Assembly: GCF_037042905.1 (NCBI RefSeq) | Contig: NC_087249.1 | Coordinates: forward strand, 6,572,001 to 6,636,000 | Reading direction: 5' to 3' | DNA: 64,000 bases | Origin: Lytechinus pictus | Lineage: Eukaryota | Part shown: in pieces, positions 39,201 through 48,447 of the stretch | How the letters are laid out: the number at the start of each line of letters is the position of its first letter | Numbering within the stretch: position 1 is the stretch's first letter | Notes under the pieces: model-generated | What the model was told of the DNA's origin: nothing | Databases searched by the model: none | What the model saw: the letters and a program-made list of their open reading frames with translations, nothing else | Position numbers and translations under genes: made by a program

Positions 39201-39988
39201 TTCTGACTCAGTGCTGTTAGATGGTGTATCAACAATGTAGTACTTTCTGTCTTCCCTGATCCACTCTCTCCTGATATCACAATACACTGATTCTGTTTCT
39301 CCTGGAGCATCGTATGAAACGCAGCATCCGCAATTGCAAAGATGTGCGGGGGAAGCTCCCCAAACCTGTGGTTCTGATACAAATTGACATACTTTGGGTT
39401 GTAGATAGGGAAGAACTTGAAAGGGTTCACTGCTATAAGTATTGATCCAACATATGTGTAAATCTTGCCCTTGCGAAATCTGGCCGATAAGTTGTCCAGG
39501 AGTGTCTTTTCGTTGAGATCAGGCAGTTTGCATAGGTCATGGCAGTCACCGGATGCTGAGGGTTGCGGGAAATACCCGCTCACAAAGGAGTCTATGCTCT
39601 TCATGTCAGACATGTCTGGGAGTGCTCCTGGCGTCTCGTTTATGCCACGTAAAAAGAAGCGGTAGTTCGTCTGAAAGGTGCCCGAATCGGTGGAGTCACC
39701 ACCTCTGCTGTCCACTATCTTTGGCCAGAGTAATTGCACTTTGACGGGACACTCCACCAGGTCTAGCCGACGCTCCTTGCAGCTCTGTCCTGAGTCTTGG
39801 CAAACCTCTGACAGACAGTATTCCTCGGGGTCGGAAAGGGCAAGCTTGCAGCAGAGGGCCTCCAGAAGGTCTTTGGTACTGGTCTGCTTGGTGGCTTGGA
39901 TGACAACGTAATGCCGATCGGGGTCAACGGTACCAGGGTGAACCCTCACAGCATAGACGGTGTCGTCCACCCCAACACCATCCGCCAT
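17..39988 (-). CDS. MYO9: Unconventional myosin IX (MYO9A/B-like), 5' part; spliced CDS of 19 exons, continuing past the window start
   Basis: The spliced exons listed below give one open frame with an RA domain, [25 protein letters not shown], the myosin-IX motifs RNALAK and [11 protein letters not shown], a long loop-2 insert, [26 protein letters not shown] and 4 IQ motifs. All introns are GT-AG with matching phases. Confidence 0.96.
770..1571. mobile_element. Helentron-associated (HINE-like) non-autonomous element with an internal tandem array
   Basis: Left hairpin GTGGTTCACGAACCAC plus a sub-terminal IR (GTCTCCCCTG / CAGGCGAGAC); about four 130-175 bp TGACCTTTGACC-rich units; 3' stem-loop GTCTC...GAGAC present twice. 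Confidence 0.6.
3984..4270 (-). repeat. Three tandem copies (95-100 bp) of the exon-18 3' end and its donor
   Basis: GGCAAGAAAGAG followed by GTAAGT (4188), GTTAAT (4093) and GCAAGT (3993); CTTCTGCT is shared by all copies. Confidence 0.9.
4189..4358 (-). CDS. MYO9: MYO9 exon 18 (170 nt), IQ2-IQ4: [10 protein letters not shown]...IQAFWRM...[12 protein letters not shown]
   Basis: ttttag|GCA ... AG|GTAAGT. Confidence 0.93.
4719..4819 (+). repeat. Imperfect (GAT)n microsatellite abutting the assembly gap
   Basis: gatgatgttgatgatgatggtgataatgatgatgatg. Confidence 0.9.
4820..4966. other. Assembly gap (N run)
   Basis: 147 N bases. Confidence 1.
5172..5321 (-). CDS. MYO9: MYO9 exon 17 (150 nt): VFLRESE...[12 protein letters not shown] (IQ1)...IKLQ
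   Basis: ctccag|GTT ... CAG|GTGAG. Confidence 0.95.
5665..6015 (+). repeat. Degenerate minisatellite, about 40-bp unit (CCCCAGTCCCTGGGGATGATGTCCACC..GGAAGTT)
   Basis: Roughly 8 recognisable units. Confidence 0.8.
6049..6171 (-). CDS. MYO9: MYO9 exon 16 (123 nt), converter: [12 protein letters not shown]...YQIGKSK
   Basis: gtgtag|GAA ... AAG|GTTAGT. Confidence 0.95.
6316..7330. mobile_element. Putative non-autonomous DNA transposon with CGACAT-rich subterminal repeats
   Basis: Ends TGTTGTCG / CGACAACA; many TCGACAT/ATGTCGA motifs at both ends; CpG-rich interior against an AT-rich background. Confidence 0.55.
7738..7929 (-). CDS. MYO9: MYO9 exon 15 (192 nt): [24 protein letters not shown]...GYNVRLKFE
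   Basis: tctcag|TCT ... GAG|GTACG. Confidence 0.97.
7995..8215 (+). mobile_element. SINE-like repeat with a degenerate tRNA head; related copy on the opposite strand near 21830-21950
   Basis: A-box TGGCTCAGTTGGTAGAGCG; AAGGGATGGAGCAACGTCGATCTGGCGCTG closely matches the reverse complement of 21899-21929. Confidence 0.5.
8463..8722. mobile_element. Harbinger-like MITE, family A, copy 1
   Basis: TIR GGCCGTCTTACAAAGAGTT..GATTGATCC; CAG/CTG flanks; homologous to 59820-60099 and 63487-63758. Confidence 0.85.
8819..8920 (-). CDS. MYO9: MYO9 exon 14 (102 nt): [34 protein letters not shown]
   Basis: gatgcag|AGT ... CAG|GTAAAT; the KKxPPTVxAQFQ motif ends loop 2. Confidence 0.93.
9181..9363. mobile_element. 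Harbinger-like MITE, family B
   Basis: TIR GGGTTTCCTAAAGCTGTTCGTA / TATGAACAGCTTTATGAAACACCC; CTG on both sides. Confidence 0.8.
9919..9961 (-). CDS. MYO9: MYO9 exon 13 (43 nt): [15 protein letters not shown]
   Basis: gagcag|A ... AAG|GTAAGC; phase 2 to 0; resembles the basic KNKNF-type segment of vertebrate Myo9 loop 2. Confidence 0.88.
10861..11032. mobile_element. Harbinger-like MITE (degenerate)
   Basis: GGGGTGTGTCTCACAAAAAG ... CTTTTTGTGAAACACTCCCC. Confidence 0.65.
12245..12465 (+). repeat. Degenerate short tandem repeat (CCAGACCTTTCCCC-type, about 21 bp)
   Basis: Repeated ACCAGACCTTTCCCC / CCAAACCTTTTCCCC motifs. Confidence 0.6.
12527..12658 (-). CDS. MYO9: MYO9 exon 12 (132 nt), loop 2: [44 protein letters not shown]
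   Basis: gccttgcag|C ... AA|GTACGT; phase 2-2; preceded by a long C-rich tract. Confidence 0.8.
14164..14211 (-). CDS. Candidate 48-nt loop-2 cassette exon ([16 protein letters not shown]), phase 2-2
   Basis: CTAAC branch point, tgtttctgtttcccag acceptor, AA|GTGAGT donor, open frame. Confidence 0.6.
14293..14346 (-). CDS. Candidate 54-nt loop-2 cassette exon ([18 protein letters not shown]), phase 2-2
   Basis: caatag|TTCC...CG|GTCTGC; open and symmetric, but the donor is weak. Confidence 0.35.
14923..14946 (-). CDS. Candidate 24-nt loop-2 microexon (RCPHHCAS), phase 2-2
   Basis: ctctgttgatag|ATGTCCGCACCATTGTGCTTCTAT|GTAAGT; frame-preserving, no stop. Confidence 0.5.
16368..16437 (-). CDS. 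MYO9: MYO9 exon 11 (70 nt), loop 2: [23 protein letters not shown]
   Basis: ttttcag|GT ... AG|GTAC; phase 1 to 2 is needed to join exon 10 to the downstream exons. Confidence 0.88.
16934..17126 (-). CDS. MYO9: MYO9 exon 10 (193 nt): [11 protein letters not shown]...[19 protein letters not shown]; start of the loop-2 insertion
   Basis: tatag|GAT ... A|GTGAGT; the FRWAILR segment is characteristic of the myosin-IX loop-2 calmodulin-binding site. Confidence 0.95.
17725..17872 (-). CDS. MYO9: MYO9 exon 9 (148 nt): [15 protein letters not shown]...[15 protein letters not shown]
   Basis: cccag|T ... AAG|GTAGG; HYAGKV motif. Confidence 0.95.
17909..18442. mobile_element. Non-coding element with an internal region complementary to its joined ends (Crypton/DIRS-like architecture), copy 1
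   Basis: Internal GGCCTGGTATATCCTACA (from 18019) is the reverse complement of right end TGTAGGATATA plus left end TACCAGGC; contains a perfect 46-bp palindrome at 18270-18315. Confidence 0.55.
18918..19039 (-). CDS. MYO9: MYO9 exon 8 (122 nt): [40 protein letters not shown]
   Basis: ttgcag|GAG ... AA|GTAAGT. Confidence 0.95.
19676..19810 (-). CDS. MYO9: MYO9 exon 7 (135 nt), switch II: [45 protein letters not shown]
   Basis: ttgcag|GGT ... CAG|GTGAG. Confidence 0.97.
20658..20774 (-). CDS. MYO9: MYO9 exon 6 (117 nt): [39 protein letters not shown]
   Basis: ttttcag|GCC ... CAG|GTATG. Confidence 0.95.
21416..21629 (-). CDS. MYO9: MYO9 exon 5 (214 nt): [16 protein letters not shown]...VQYRMAE
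   Basis: gatag|A ... GAG|GTACG; LSAVLHIGN motif. Confidence 0.95.
22461..22561 (-). CDS. MYO9: MYO9 exon 4 (101 nt): [34 protein letters not shown]
   Basis: ttttcag|AGC ... AG|GTAAG; phase 0 to 2. Confidence 0.94.
22989..23145. mobile_element. Harbinger-like MITE (CCAATC-centred, related to 42002-42146)
   Basis: GGCCCCATTGCATTAAAG ... TTTTATGCAAGGGGG; CAG/CTG flanks; shared CAGCCAATCA.AATCAAGG core. Confidence 0.7.
23239..23977 (+). repeat. Minisatellite, 26-27 bp unit GACTTGGTAGTCAATGGCT(T)AACTTCT, about 28 copies
   Basis: Head-to-tail units visible directly, with no spacers. Confidence 0.97.
24306..24781. mobile_element. MITE with 20-bp TIRs, TA-flanked
   Basis: GGTGGTTTCAAACCGCCTCG / CGAGGCGGTCTGAAACCACC; internal TTTCAGACCGCCAAAATACC repeats. 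Confidence 0.85.
25826..26042 (+). repeat. Purine-rich (GGA/GAA) low-complexity tract
   Basis: About 200 bp almost entirely G/A. Confidence 0.9.
26470..26632 (-). CDS. MYO9: MYO9 exon 3 (163 nt): [30 protein letters not shown]...YLNQ
   Basis: tccag|T ... CAG|GTGAG; YLLEKSR and ERNYHVFY motifs. Confidence 0.96.
28978..29103. mobile_element. Internally deleted TTAA-flanked (T2/Kolobok-like) MITE
   Basis: TTAA|AGGGGAAGTCCACC ... GGTGGATTTCCCCT|TTAA. Confidence 0.8.
32730..33339. mobile_element. TTAA-flanked (T2/Kolobok-like) MITE with long TIRs, copy 1
   Basis: TTAA|AGGACAAGTCCACC ... GGTGGACTTGACCT|TTAA; arms of about 200 bp pair; homologous to 44923-45518. Confidence 0.9.
34010..34417. mobile_element. 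Harbinger-like MITE; related fragment at about 48180-48360
   Basis: GGGCCAGTATTCA / TGAATACCAGCCC termini; TTAAG-rich interior. Confidence 0.65.
35165..35259 (-). CDS. MYO9: MYO9 exon 2 (95 nt), switch I: [32 protein letters not shown]
   Basis: caccag|GCA ... GG|GTAA; conserved myosin motif; too short for the ORF track. Confidence 0.96.
37308..37594 (+). mobile_element. tRNA-derived SINE
   Basis: A box TGGTCTAGTGG, B box GGTTCGATTCC, central CACTCAACCCAGGTG..AATGGGTA, (ATT)n tail; fragments also at about 53963-54050 (+) and 57325-57425 (-). Confidence 0.85.
38625..38771. mobile_element. Harbinger-like MITE (degenerate)
   Basis: CTG|GGGACCTTTTCATCAA ... TTCATGAAATGCTCCC|CTG. Confidence 0.65.
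38855..39079 (-). mobile_element. tRNA-derived SINE, related to 37308-37594, opposite orientation
   Basis: Reverse strand GTGGCTCAGTGGATAAG..GGTTTGAATCCC; shares AATGGGTA..GTAGGAAGAAATTCCTTGAATGCT. Confidence 0.85.
39146..39988 (-). CDS. MYO9: MYO9 coding exon 1 (843 nt): RA domain + motor start to P-loop (MADGVGVDD...[12 protein letters not shown]...GAGPVLE)
   Basis: ATG in CAACCATGG context; acceptor tgcag at 40010-40011 (exon starts 40009); donor GAG|GTATA, phase 0. Confidence 0.95.
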
Positions 39989-41427
39989 GGTTGAGCCAGG
40001 GGTCTGCACCTGCATTTGTGCAAAGAAAAACAAAAATAGCTCAGTTACTAATGAAAATATCTAAAACAAGCTATCGTCAGCGAAGAAATTCCCTGGTATC
40101 ATGACGCTTAGAACTGTATTTTGGCAATTCGTTTGAAAAACAATGATAAAAGTAATAAAAAAAACATTTTAACATCCAGCACCAATGACTGGAATTAACA
40201 AGGTCAAGCGAACTTTTGTTTCTTTGTTTTCTCACAGGGACAGCTGTAAAGGTGACAGAAAATGAAATAAAAATATTACTTAATCATAAACACCCACAAT
40301 CTTCCAGTTCAAAACAATGTTGTTATCATACCACAGTGCAGCCTTATATTGTGTGATGCACAAACTGGAGAAGTTCTGTATACACTTTACCTGCATAACT
40401 TTAGCACAACGTTGAGTGCGATCAAACATCATATGAAATGCAAATACCAAAATGAGGATACTGTTGTGAAAAAATCAACATCATACTCATATAGACTTCA
40501 GTATATCACTTTTATAACCAGATATTTTTCCATAAGAAGTTCCCTTTCTTGTTTGTAAGATTTAGTTTCCAAGATTAAAGGATCCAAACAAAAAGTACGT
40601 TATGCTCCTCGGTCACTGCCCACACACACACTTAAATTTTCTTTCACAAATTCACAGGTAAGCAGCTCTGCAGTAGATCGTCCTTATAAAAGTGACTTCA
40701 GAACTATATTTTGAATCTGTGTGAGTCAGGTAGGCTGGAGGGAACTCCTTCCATTCATTGAATTAAGTCATTGATGACTGGGCGACCGTCAGGGTTAAAA
40801 AGTGGGTTAGAATTTTACGATATTGCTTGACAATGCAACCACAATGGATGTTTGCTCAGGCTTTGTCATAGAGGAGGTTATAACACAAAAAAGCGTTTGA
40901 ATCTTTGTTACATCATCAATGGGCAATTTGCCTTGACACTGAGCTGTAAAACCATGCATGGTTTATTTACAAGCCCCCGTTCAACCCCCCCCCCCCCTGT
41001 CCATGTATGTCTGTCTCTCCCTCTCTCTTTTCTCCCTTTTTCTCTCTCCTTTTATCTACATGCATGTACATGTTTATCTTGTTATGGTGTCCTACATAAT
41101 CTGATACCTTTCTGTCACTCACAACAAAAAGTTGAATTTCCAAGGCAATTCAACAAAAATATCTAGCAGATACATGTATGTACAATCTTGTTCTGCATTC
41201 TCCACAGAATATTTTTTAACATAAAGAGGGAACAGGGATACTGATGTCACTTCTCCCTAAAGGAACTATTCCTTCAAAAGGATTCTATGGGATTAGGAAT
41301 AATTGGTAGCAATGTCCAAGTGCATGCTCTTCCTCATTCCTATTTGAAGGTGGTAGCGAGTTACAGCCTGTGACTTCCATGTTCCATGCTGAGAATCATA
41401 CAATAGAGAGGGTAGTACATAGTATAG

Positions 41428-41977
41428 TATACAATGACACTCGAGGATCTGGCTAAAACTATTCGCATGAAGGAACATCACATAGTACTATTCTCCCGAG
41501 GAGATAAGTACTATGTGATGTTCCTGAGTGCGAATAGTTTTAGCCTGTTCCGAGAATGGGTCATTGTATATTTGTTTTATATCCCTTCCACTCATACCAT
41601 TTTACAGCTAAACGATTTTTAATAAGTCGATAAAGAACAATCGTTGAGAAGTTGAGAAAAGAATAAGTCTTGCCGTATGGATCGTCTGTTCAGCGAGCGC
41701 ACCTGGTTAGTGCAGCTCGCCGAAAGTTTCCCGTGGCATGCAGTAGAGAGTACCGTAGGGCTGAGCAGCGCTCTGCTCGTGCCGCACAGCTCGCGAATCG
41801 TGAGGTAGGGGGGGTCAAAAAACGTATAGTTCACTTTTTCCCTAGGGAAAAAATGGACTATGCGTGACGTCAGCAAGGAAAATTAACTATTTCACGGCAA
41901 ACGTTTTACGGAGTAAAACTATTCTTTTTCTCCTTGTGTACACTCTCAATACAACAATCTTAAGTAAGGGATATAAT
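41428..41977. mobile_element. Non-coding element with an internal region complementary to its joined ends, copy 2
   Basis: Internal GTCATTGTATATTTGTTTTATATCCCTT pairs with left end TATACAATGAC and right end AAGGGATATAA; long hairpin 41428-41570; TGACGTCA and GAAAATTAACTATT shared with 17909-18442. Confidence 0.6.
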
Positions 41978-42001
41978 AAGTGCTAACTTTCTCGGCCCCT
42001 G

Positions 42002-42146
42002 TGGCCCGTTTCATAAAGAGTTAACAACTGTTGTAACTTTGCCATTATGGCAACAGGGCTCAGCAGCCAATCAGAATCAAGGTTACCATGGCAGTTACCA
42101 TAATGGCAAAGTTGCAACAGTTGTAACTCTTTATGAAACGGGGCCC
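42002..42146. mobile_element. Harbinger-like MITE, near-complete palindrome
   Basis: GGCCCGTTTCATAAAGAGTTA..CAACTGTTG / CAACAGTTGTAACTCTTTATGAAACGGGGCC; CTG TSD. Confidence 0.85.
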
Positions 42147-42479
42147 CTGGATTGTTAGTCTAGTCTGCTGTGCAAACACTTCACTCAAGTTACATGTACA
42201 TGTAAAGGTCTGAATTTGCAGCCTATAATGCCTTGGGTACTAAAGGCCCTCTCGAAACAGCATTTTTTTATATGTGCTAGTCTTTGTCTGGAGACCCACT
42301 TGTTGATCAAAGTTTCAATCAGGGTCTGTGCCTGCAGACTACTGGTTAGCCTATGATTGCTACGTAAAAGCTTATTTTGTGTGTAAAAGGATTTGGGTAT
42401 CCTCATCATGGGAATCTAGGAATCTACGGTCAATGGACAACAAAAGCCCCTCCCCCCACACCCCCACCTTTTCTTCTTC

Positions 42480-42565
42480 TATCTCTGTCTCTCCCCCTCT
42501 CTCCCTCCCTGTCTCTCAGACTCTCTATCTCTCTCTCTCTCTCTTTCTCTCTCATCTCTCTTTCA
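42480..42565 (+). repeat. (CT)n-rich microsatellite
   Basis: ctctctctct runs. Confidence 0.85.
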
Positions 42566-44922
42566 TTCTTTCTACAACATAAATCTTTAAATACCCAGAC
42601 TAAGGAACTGCAAATATTCCCTTTCCTCCTTTATTTACACATTCCACCATTCCATTGACACTTGGCTACTTACTCCCAATGTTTGAACAGGCATAGTCCT
42701 AAAATAACACTACTATTACCAGAAGCTTTTAAAATCCATTTATGGCAGTTTCTTTATAGATCTTTAGCATTTTCTTAGGTCAAATATCATTGTCAAAGGT
42801 CAATGACCAAGAAGGGTATTGACCTTAATGTGGGCCTGTGTAACCGCATGCAATTCATAAGACAGTAGAATTTATTTTAATGTAGTATTAACTTATTTCA
42901 AGCTATTTTGAACATAACTCCTAAACTTAATTCTTACAATATTATATCTTATTCTCACATACCATTTGCATTTATCCTAAGTTTTTCTCATTTTATTTTT
43001 TGCATGTCTTTTTTTATTTCTATAGGCCTATATTTGATGTGCATATCTGATGTATCTACCGTACTAACTTTTTCTAGAGATTCAATGAATAAATGAACTG
43101 AGCTGAACTGAACTTGTGATCATGTTTGACTGAAAATCTTGTTGATTTTTGTTCACACGTATAAAACAGGTCAGCCTGTCTACTACAGTGTGTGATATGT
43201 TCTATTGCAAATGGTTCCCAGCAAACAATTCAGAAATATGGAACTGAAAATAGTGCTTCGGGAACCAACTTATCCTACTTCATACATTTATAACGATTGT
43301 TGATGACAGATGGAATAAAACAAATCCACAATGCCAAATGAAATCTATTCTCCCCAGAGGAGTAGTCTTGAACTCCAGTCTCCAGACCCTGATCTTTCAA
43401 CAATAATTATTGCACTACATATATTAGGATCTCATCAAATCCAGAGTTTGATTGTGATGTACTAATACGAAATCTTTCCAGTCATTCACAAAATAAATTC
43501 ATTACATTCACTTGCTGCTATTGTTATTTTTGTAGATGCAATATAATCTACCAAGATTGTGAATTATTCATAATTAACATCACCGCACACCTTAGGATTG
43601 CTCTGCGACCTAATTTTGGAATAAAACACATTCAAATTTGATGCTAATATTGAAACATGGAATATCTTAGTGCGTAATGTTCTAAATCACTGTAGGAATA
43701 CCTGTAACTATGGCTTTGCTATCATCCTTATTATAGAATAAAAGCAAATTTTATCTAGTACGATTGGCTATATAATTTGAAACTAATTTGGCCTTTACTC
43801 CAAAATAAAGGCTTGCAATCATCCAAAATGTTTAAATTAGTATTCTTTCGGTTAATTTGAACCTCAAATAAAAAGATACTTTTCATTCACATTTTCAGAA
43901 AATGAGAAAAATATGGTTTGTTCCAGAATCGGATCGTGGACCATTCGTAAGATGTGCTGCGGCCTTAAGAGAACATTTGCTACAAATACTTGTAGCCTAC
44001 CTCTGGGAATTTTCAACTATCAATGGGTTGGTCCAGAAAAAGATATTTGCCTTTATATACACTGTACAAGTTTCATTCCATTAAAAAAAATTAATGATGA
44101 ATCATTTCATACTTCTTTTGTATTAAATGAAATATTTTCCTTTTCTCGAGCCATGCATGTTAATTGATAGCATGCAGCCATTTCATCAAGTCCCATAATA
44201 TTTCATAAAAATATGAGTCACGTACATGTAATGTAGTATAATCATTTATACATGATGTACTAGAATTGCAAGTAACCAGTCCATGGAAAATGTATTGTTT
44301 TTTTAATGATAATTCTACCAGCTTTGATTGTTCAATTAACTGATGTGAAAGTACATTCTTGGAAATGTGAAAAGGAAAGGAAGAAATCTCTAGAAAGTCT
44401 ACATAAATTTACATACTGAGCCATAGGAAGGAAGTAAATACATGTTGGTGAAAGTGATGAAACCAACTACATGTATTGTTCTTGCAAAAGGCAATGGATA
44501 CTACGTACAAGAATTGCCAACTCAGTCTTTCTTTCTGAAGCAAACCTGAGAAAAAAAAAGCATCTTTATATTGCTTCTGATGTGATATTCCATCCATCAA
44601 AAAGTAATCATTTGCTTTATAATATATTCCGCAATGAAGCAATCTAATCATAGAGAGAAAAATGAGCACATTTCTCTTTATAAAAACATGCCTAAACTAA
44701 ATCATATGACTAGATTCAGTCAAAGATCAGACATTCAATCTCTCCTGGGTGCCTATTGCCCTTGTTTTATAATTTATTAATGAGGGCTTATTATGGAAAA
44801 GATATTACAACTAGATAAAGAAACCTCGTATGGAAGCAATTCTGAATTCAGTGAGCAGGGGAACTCTGCCTAACCTTGATTAAGCAAGCATGAAATAACT
44901 ATTCTAAAGAATTGATAGTTAA

Positions 44923-45518
44923 AGGACAAGTCCACCCCAACAAAAAGTTGATTTGAATAAAAAGAGAAATATCCAACAAGCATAACACTGAAAATTTCAT
45001 CAAAATCAGATGTGAAATAAGAAAGTTATGACATTTTAAATTTTTGCTTAATTTCACAAAACAGTTATATTCACATCCTGGTCGGTATGCAAATGAGGAG
45101 ACTGATGACGTCATCCACTCACTATTTCTCTTGTATTTTATTATATGAAATATGAAATATTCTAATTTTCTCCTCATTGTCAAGTGAAACAACATGTATT
45201 TCCTCCAAGAATATGTGGAATTTGTATAATACGGTTCAGTCAAGTTGGTCATTATTGTCAAATCTAGCTGTAAAAAATAGAATATTTTATAATTCAAACA
45301 ATAGAAAACAAAAGAAATAGTGAGTGAGGAACATCATGGACCGTCTCATTTGCATGTCACTGAGTTGTGCATATCACTGTTTTGTGAAAATAAGCGAAAC
45401 TTTGAAATGTCATAACTTTCTTATTTTACATCCAATTTTGATGAAATTTTCAGCGATATGCCCGATTGATTTTTCTCTATTTACTCAAATCAACATTTTA
45501 CTGGGGTGGACTTGACCT
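44923..45518. mobile_element. TTAA-flanked (T2/Kolobok-like) MITE, copy 2
   Basis: TTAA|AGGACAAGTCCACCCC ... GGGGTGGACTTGACCT|TTAA. Confidence 0.9.
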
Positions 45519-46417
45519 TTAAACAATATAGGCCTACACTACTCTTGAATCCTTAATTGTGGAAAGAGATATGAAAAAAACTTTAGATTCAAGTCATGTT
45601 GAAAATATTTCGCTTCATAAAGTTATGAAATCAAACCATCAATTCCTTTTGCATTCATGAGCTGCTACACTATTACTGCATAGACCTAACTGCATGCATC
45701 ATACACAACACTGAATTATTCATTTTAAGAGGTCAAACCACGACCCAAGCTATGCCATGTGACCTAATAATAAACTTGGGATATAATATTTATGTGGGCG
45801 CTTCCTTCGTGGGTGAAAAATCTGATGTATATGTCAGATTTAGTTCACCACAATTTCAATTCTTTGATAATTGGTCGAAAATAGCTTGATTCCCAGTGTT
45901 TTCCCACACCCACAGGATATCTGAGTTAAAAAACTGAAGAAGAAAGGTATCAATTTTCATTTTTGTTTGATTTCATTTGGTTTATTTCCAAAAAAAATAT
46001 TATTACAACCTATATACTATGATTTTCATTTTGGAAACAGAATGTGCTTTGCTTGTGCATGACGTGCTGCAAGCCTTTATTATTTTAAGGCCAACAGGAT
46101 TCCTGATCAAACAGGCCTATTTTACAGCTTGTAGCATAAATTCATGAAGTAAAATTCCCTCCCCCCCCCCCCCGATTTGTAAATATTCATTATTTCTCCT
46201 TTTTTTAAATATGGATCTGTATTCATGTATTACTTCACACATTCTACAAATAATGGGATTGTTTTGAAATGATACACATAACCCCTATCTCATGCAGTAG
46301 GTTCACAGAAAGTTAATCCTTTGAAAGATTTGATACATTTTCCCATTCTCAAGCATGAGTAACAATAAAAAGATGGCAAACAACAGCTTGTACAATGGCT
46401 AGATAAAAAAACACTAA

Positions 46418-46844
46418 TATCCTTTTCACACTGTACTTTTTTCCCTTAACCACTGGAAATTGGTGGGGCTAAGGGGGGGGGCCTTAGCCCCACCAATTTC
46501 CCAGGGTTAAGCTTAGCCCACTTCGTTTTAGCAAAGTGTGCTAGCACATAGTACGGTACTATCTGGCCCTGCAAAAAAGCAGGATTAGCCGGCTTATTGT
46601 AGAGATACAGTGTGAAACGAAACTGGGCTAAGGAAAAGTGGGGCTAAGCAATAGCCAATCACAGAAGTCGAAATTGCAAGTTAATCACGCTCTGTATGGT
46701 AAAATCATCAATATTCATGAGCTGTGGGATGGTCCAGGGTTAAGGCGTTAACCCGGCTAAGCAGATAGTATGGGGTTAAGAAAGACAGTGTGAATCCAAA
46801 AAAAAGATAGTATGGGGTTAAGGAAATGCAATGTGAAAAGCATA
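46418..46844. mobile_element. TWA-flanked Harbinger-like MITE, copy 1 (GGGGTTAAG-rich)
   Basis: TAT.CTTTTCACACTG / CAATGTGAAAAGCATA; flanks TAA/TTA; colinear with 48448-48936. Confidence 0.85.
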
Positions 46845-48447
46845 TTAAAGCATTTGAATCCATGCCTCTGCCTGTGTGTGTGAGAACGTACACTGTACTA
46901 CAAATATCAAATCACTTCCTTCAAAAATTAATCAACATTGCATGTAATACCAAGTATTTATAGGCCTACATGATGATTTTATTTAATAGCTGTATCCACA
47001 CACCCATTTCAATACACTGTGTCTAAAAACCAAAATTGTACGCCCTATTACAGTACAGATGTAAACAAGAAAATTCTAACCACATGGCAGAGCTGGAGAC
47101 AGCAGCAGCAAAGGGTCTTGCTTTGTGTACACTTGTCAAAATCCATAGCACACAACAATGGCACCGCTCATCCTCAATTATTCGGAAGCCTCGATCCTCT
47201 GCTTGCGTGGCCTGGCTGGCCTAATAGGATACCTGCCCTTCGCAATCAAAGCATAGTGATCATAATAATGTCCACACGCTATTCAATACCCCACTTGATA
47301 GCATGCAGTGTGAAACTGTGAACTAAAATATTTTTTTCTAGTTTAGAGTTTGGATCTTGCGGTCATTAGAGTCTCTTTTTTTTCCTCCTTCCTCGAGTTA
47401 GAGCCATCAATTTAATTGGTCGGTAATTCTCTGTACATATTCGTATCAAGAGTCAGATCAATTAAAGTAACCCATTACTAGTATTTTATGTTGCATGAGT
47501 ATAGAAGTTAAATACTTTTTTGTTCCTATTATTCAGTCACACATTTCTAGCATATAAAAATAGTCATAGATTGTCCATCAGATATTGTCATAGAGTACTC
47601 ACAATGTCTATCCTATTGACTACAATAATAAGGAAGTACGTACGTATTGCTGTATACAGACCTACAATCCACAAACAGTAATATACAATCGCATTGTTTG
47701 AAATATCAATCACAGAGTGTGAGTGTTAGTTCTAGTTATTATTACAATATACAGGAAGTACTGATTTCTAGTTTTCTACTTTGTTCCATTTTCAATTCAG
47801 CTGCATATGAACGACAATCCAACGATCAAAGAATGTTTCCATTCCCAACAATACATGTAATTTAAATCTAGACAATAATGAAGTTTGTACAAATCTATGA
47901 AAATAAACATTGAATACCAGGACTGTAAGTGGTATTCAATTTAATGAATATTATTTTACGTAACATTTTGCTTGGCTAAACAAAATGCTTTAATTTGTAT
48001 CAGAATCAGATCACATATTTTACTTTATCATGCCACATTCAAGCAAAATACTCACTAGTATTAAACCATTTTATGTCAAAATGTTATAAAGCCAAATAAT
48101 GTGCAATGTATGTATCCACTGCGCGTACAGCATATATGCACGTTTGTAAAAATAAAAGTGCATGCAAGTCAGACTTAATACATGTAACCCAGGTAGGCAG
48201 CTACTGTAGATTTAAGCAAAATACTTCACTCAAAAATACAATTGAATACCAAAGATGTAAATAAGTACTTAACTTAACTTTACTTAACAAAATACTAAGT
48301 AAAAGTTACATGTACTTAAAATTATGGCTTAAGTTTTGTATTGAATTCCAGGCCAGCCCAGGGCTTAAATCAATCTAAGGACTATTCATTAGGCCATGGC
48401 AACATGTACAGTGTATGTCCGTTTGACTGGCTTCGATGCCCCTCTAA

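Noticed and set aside
44899-45515. ORFs inside the TTAA-flanked element as a transposase
   Set aside because: No DDE or other transposase motifs; the element is a short non-coding foldback
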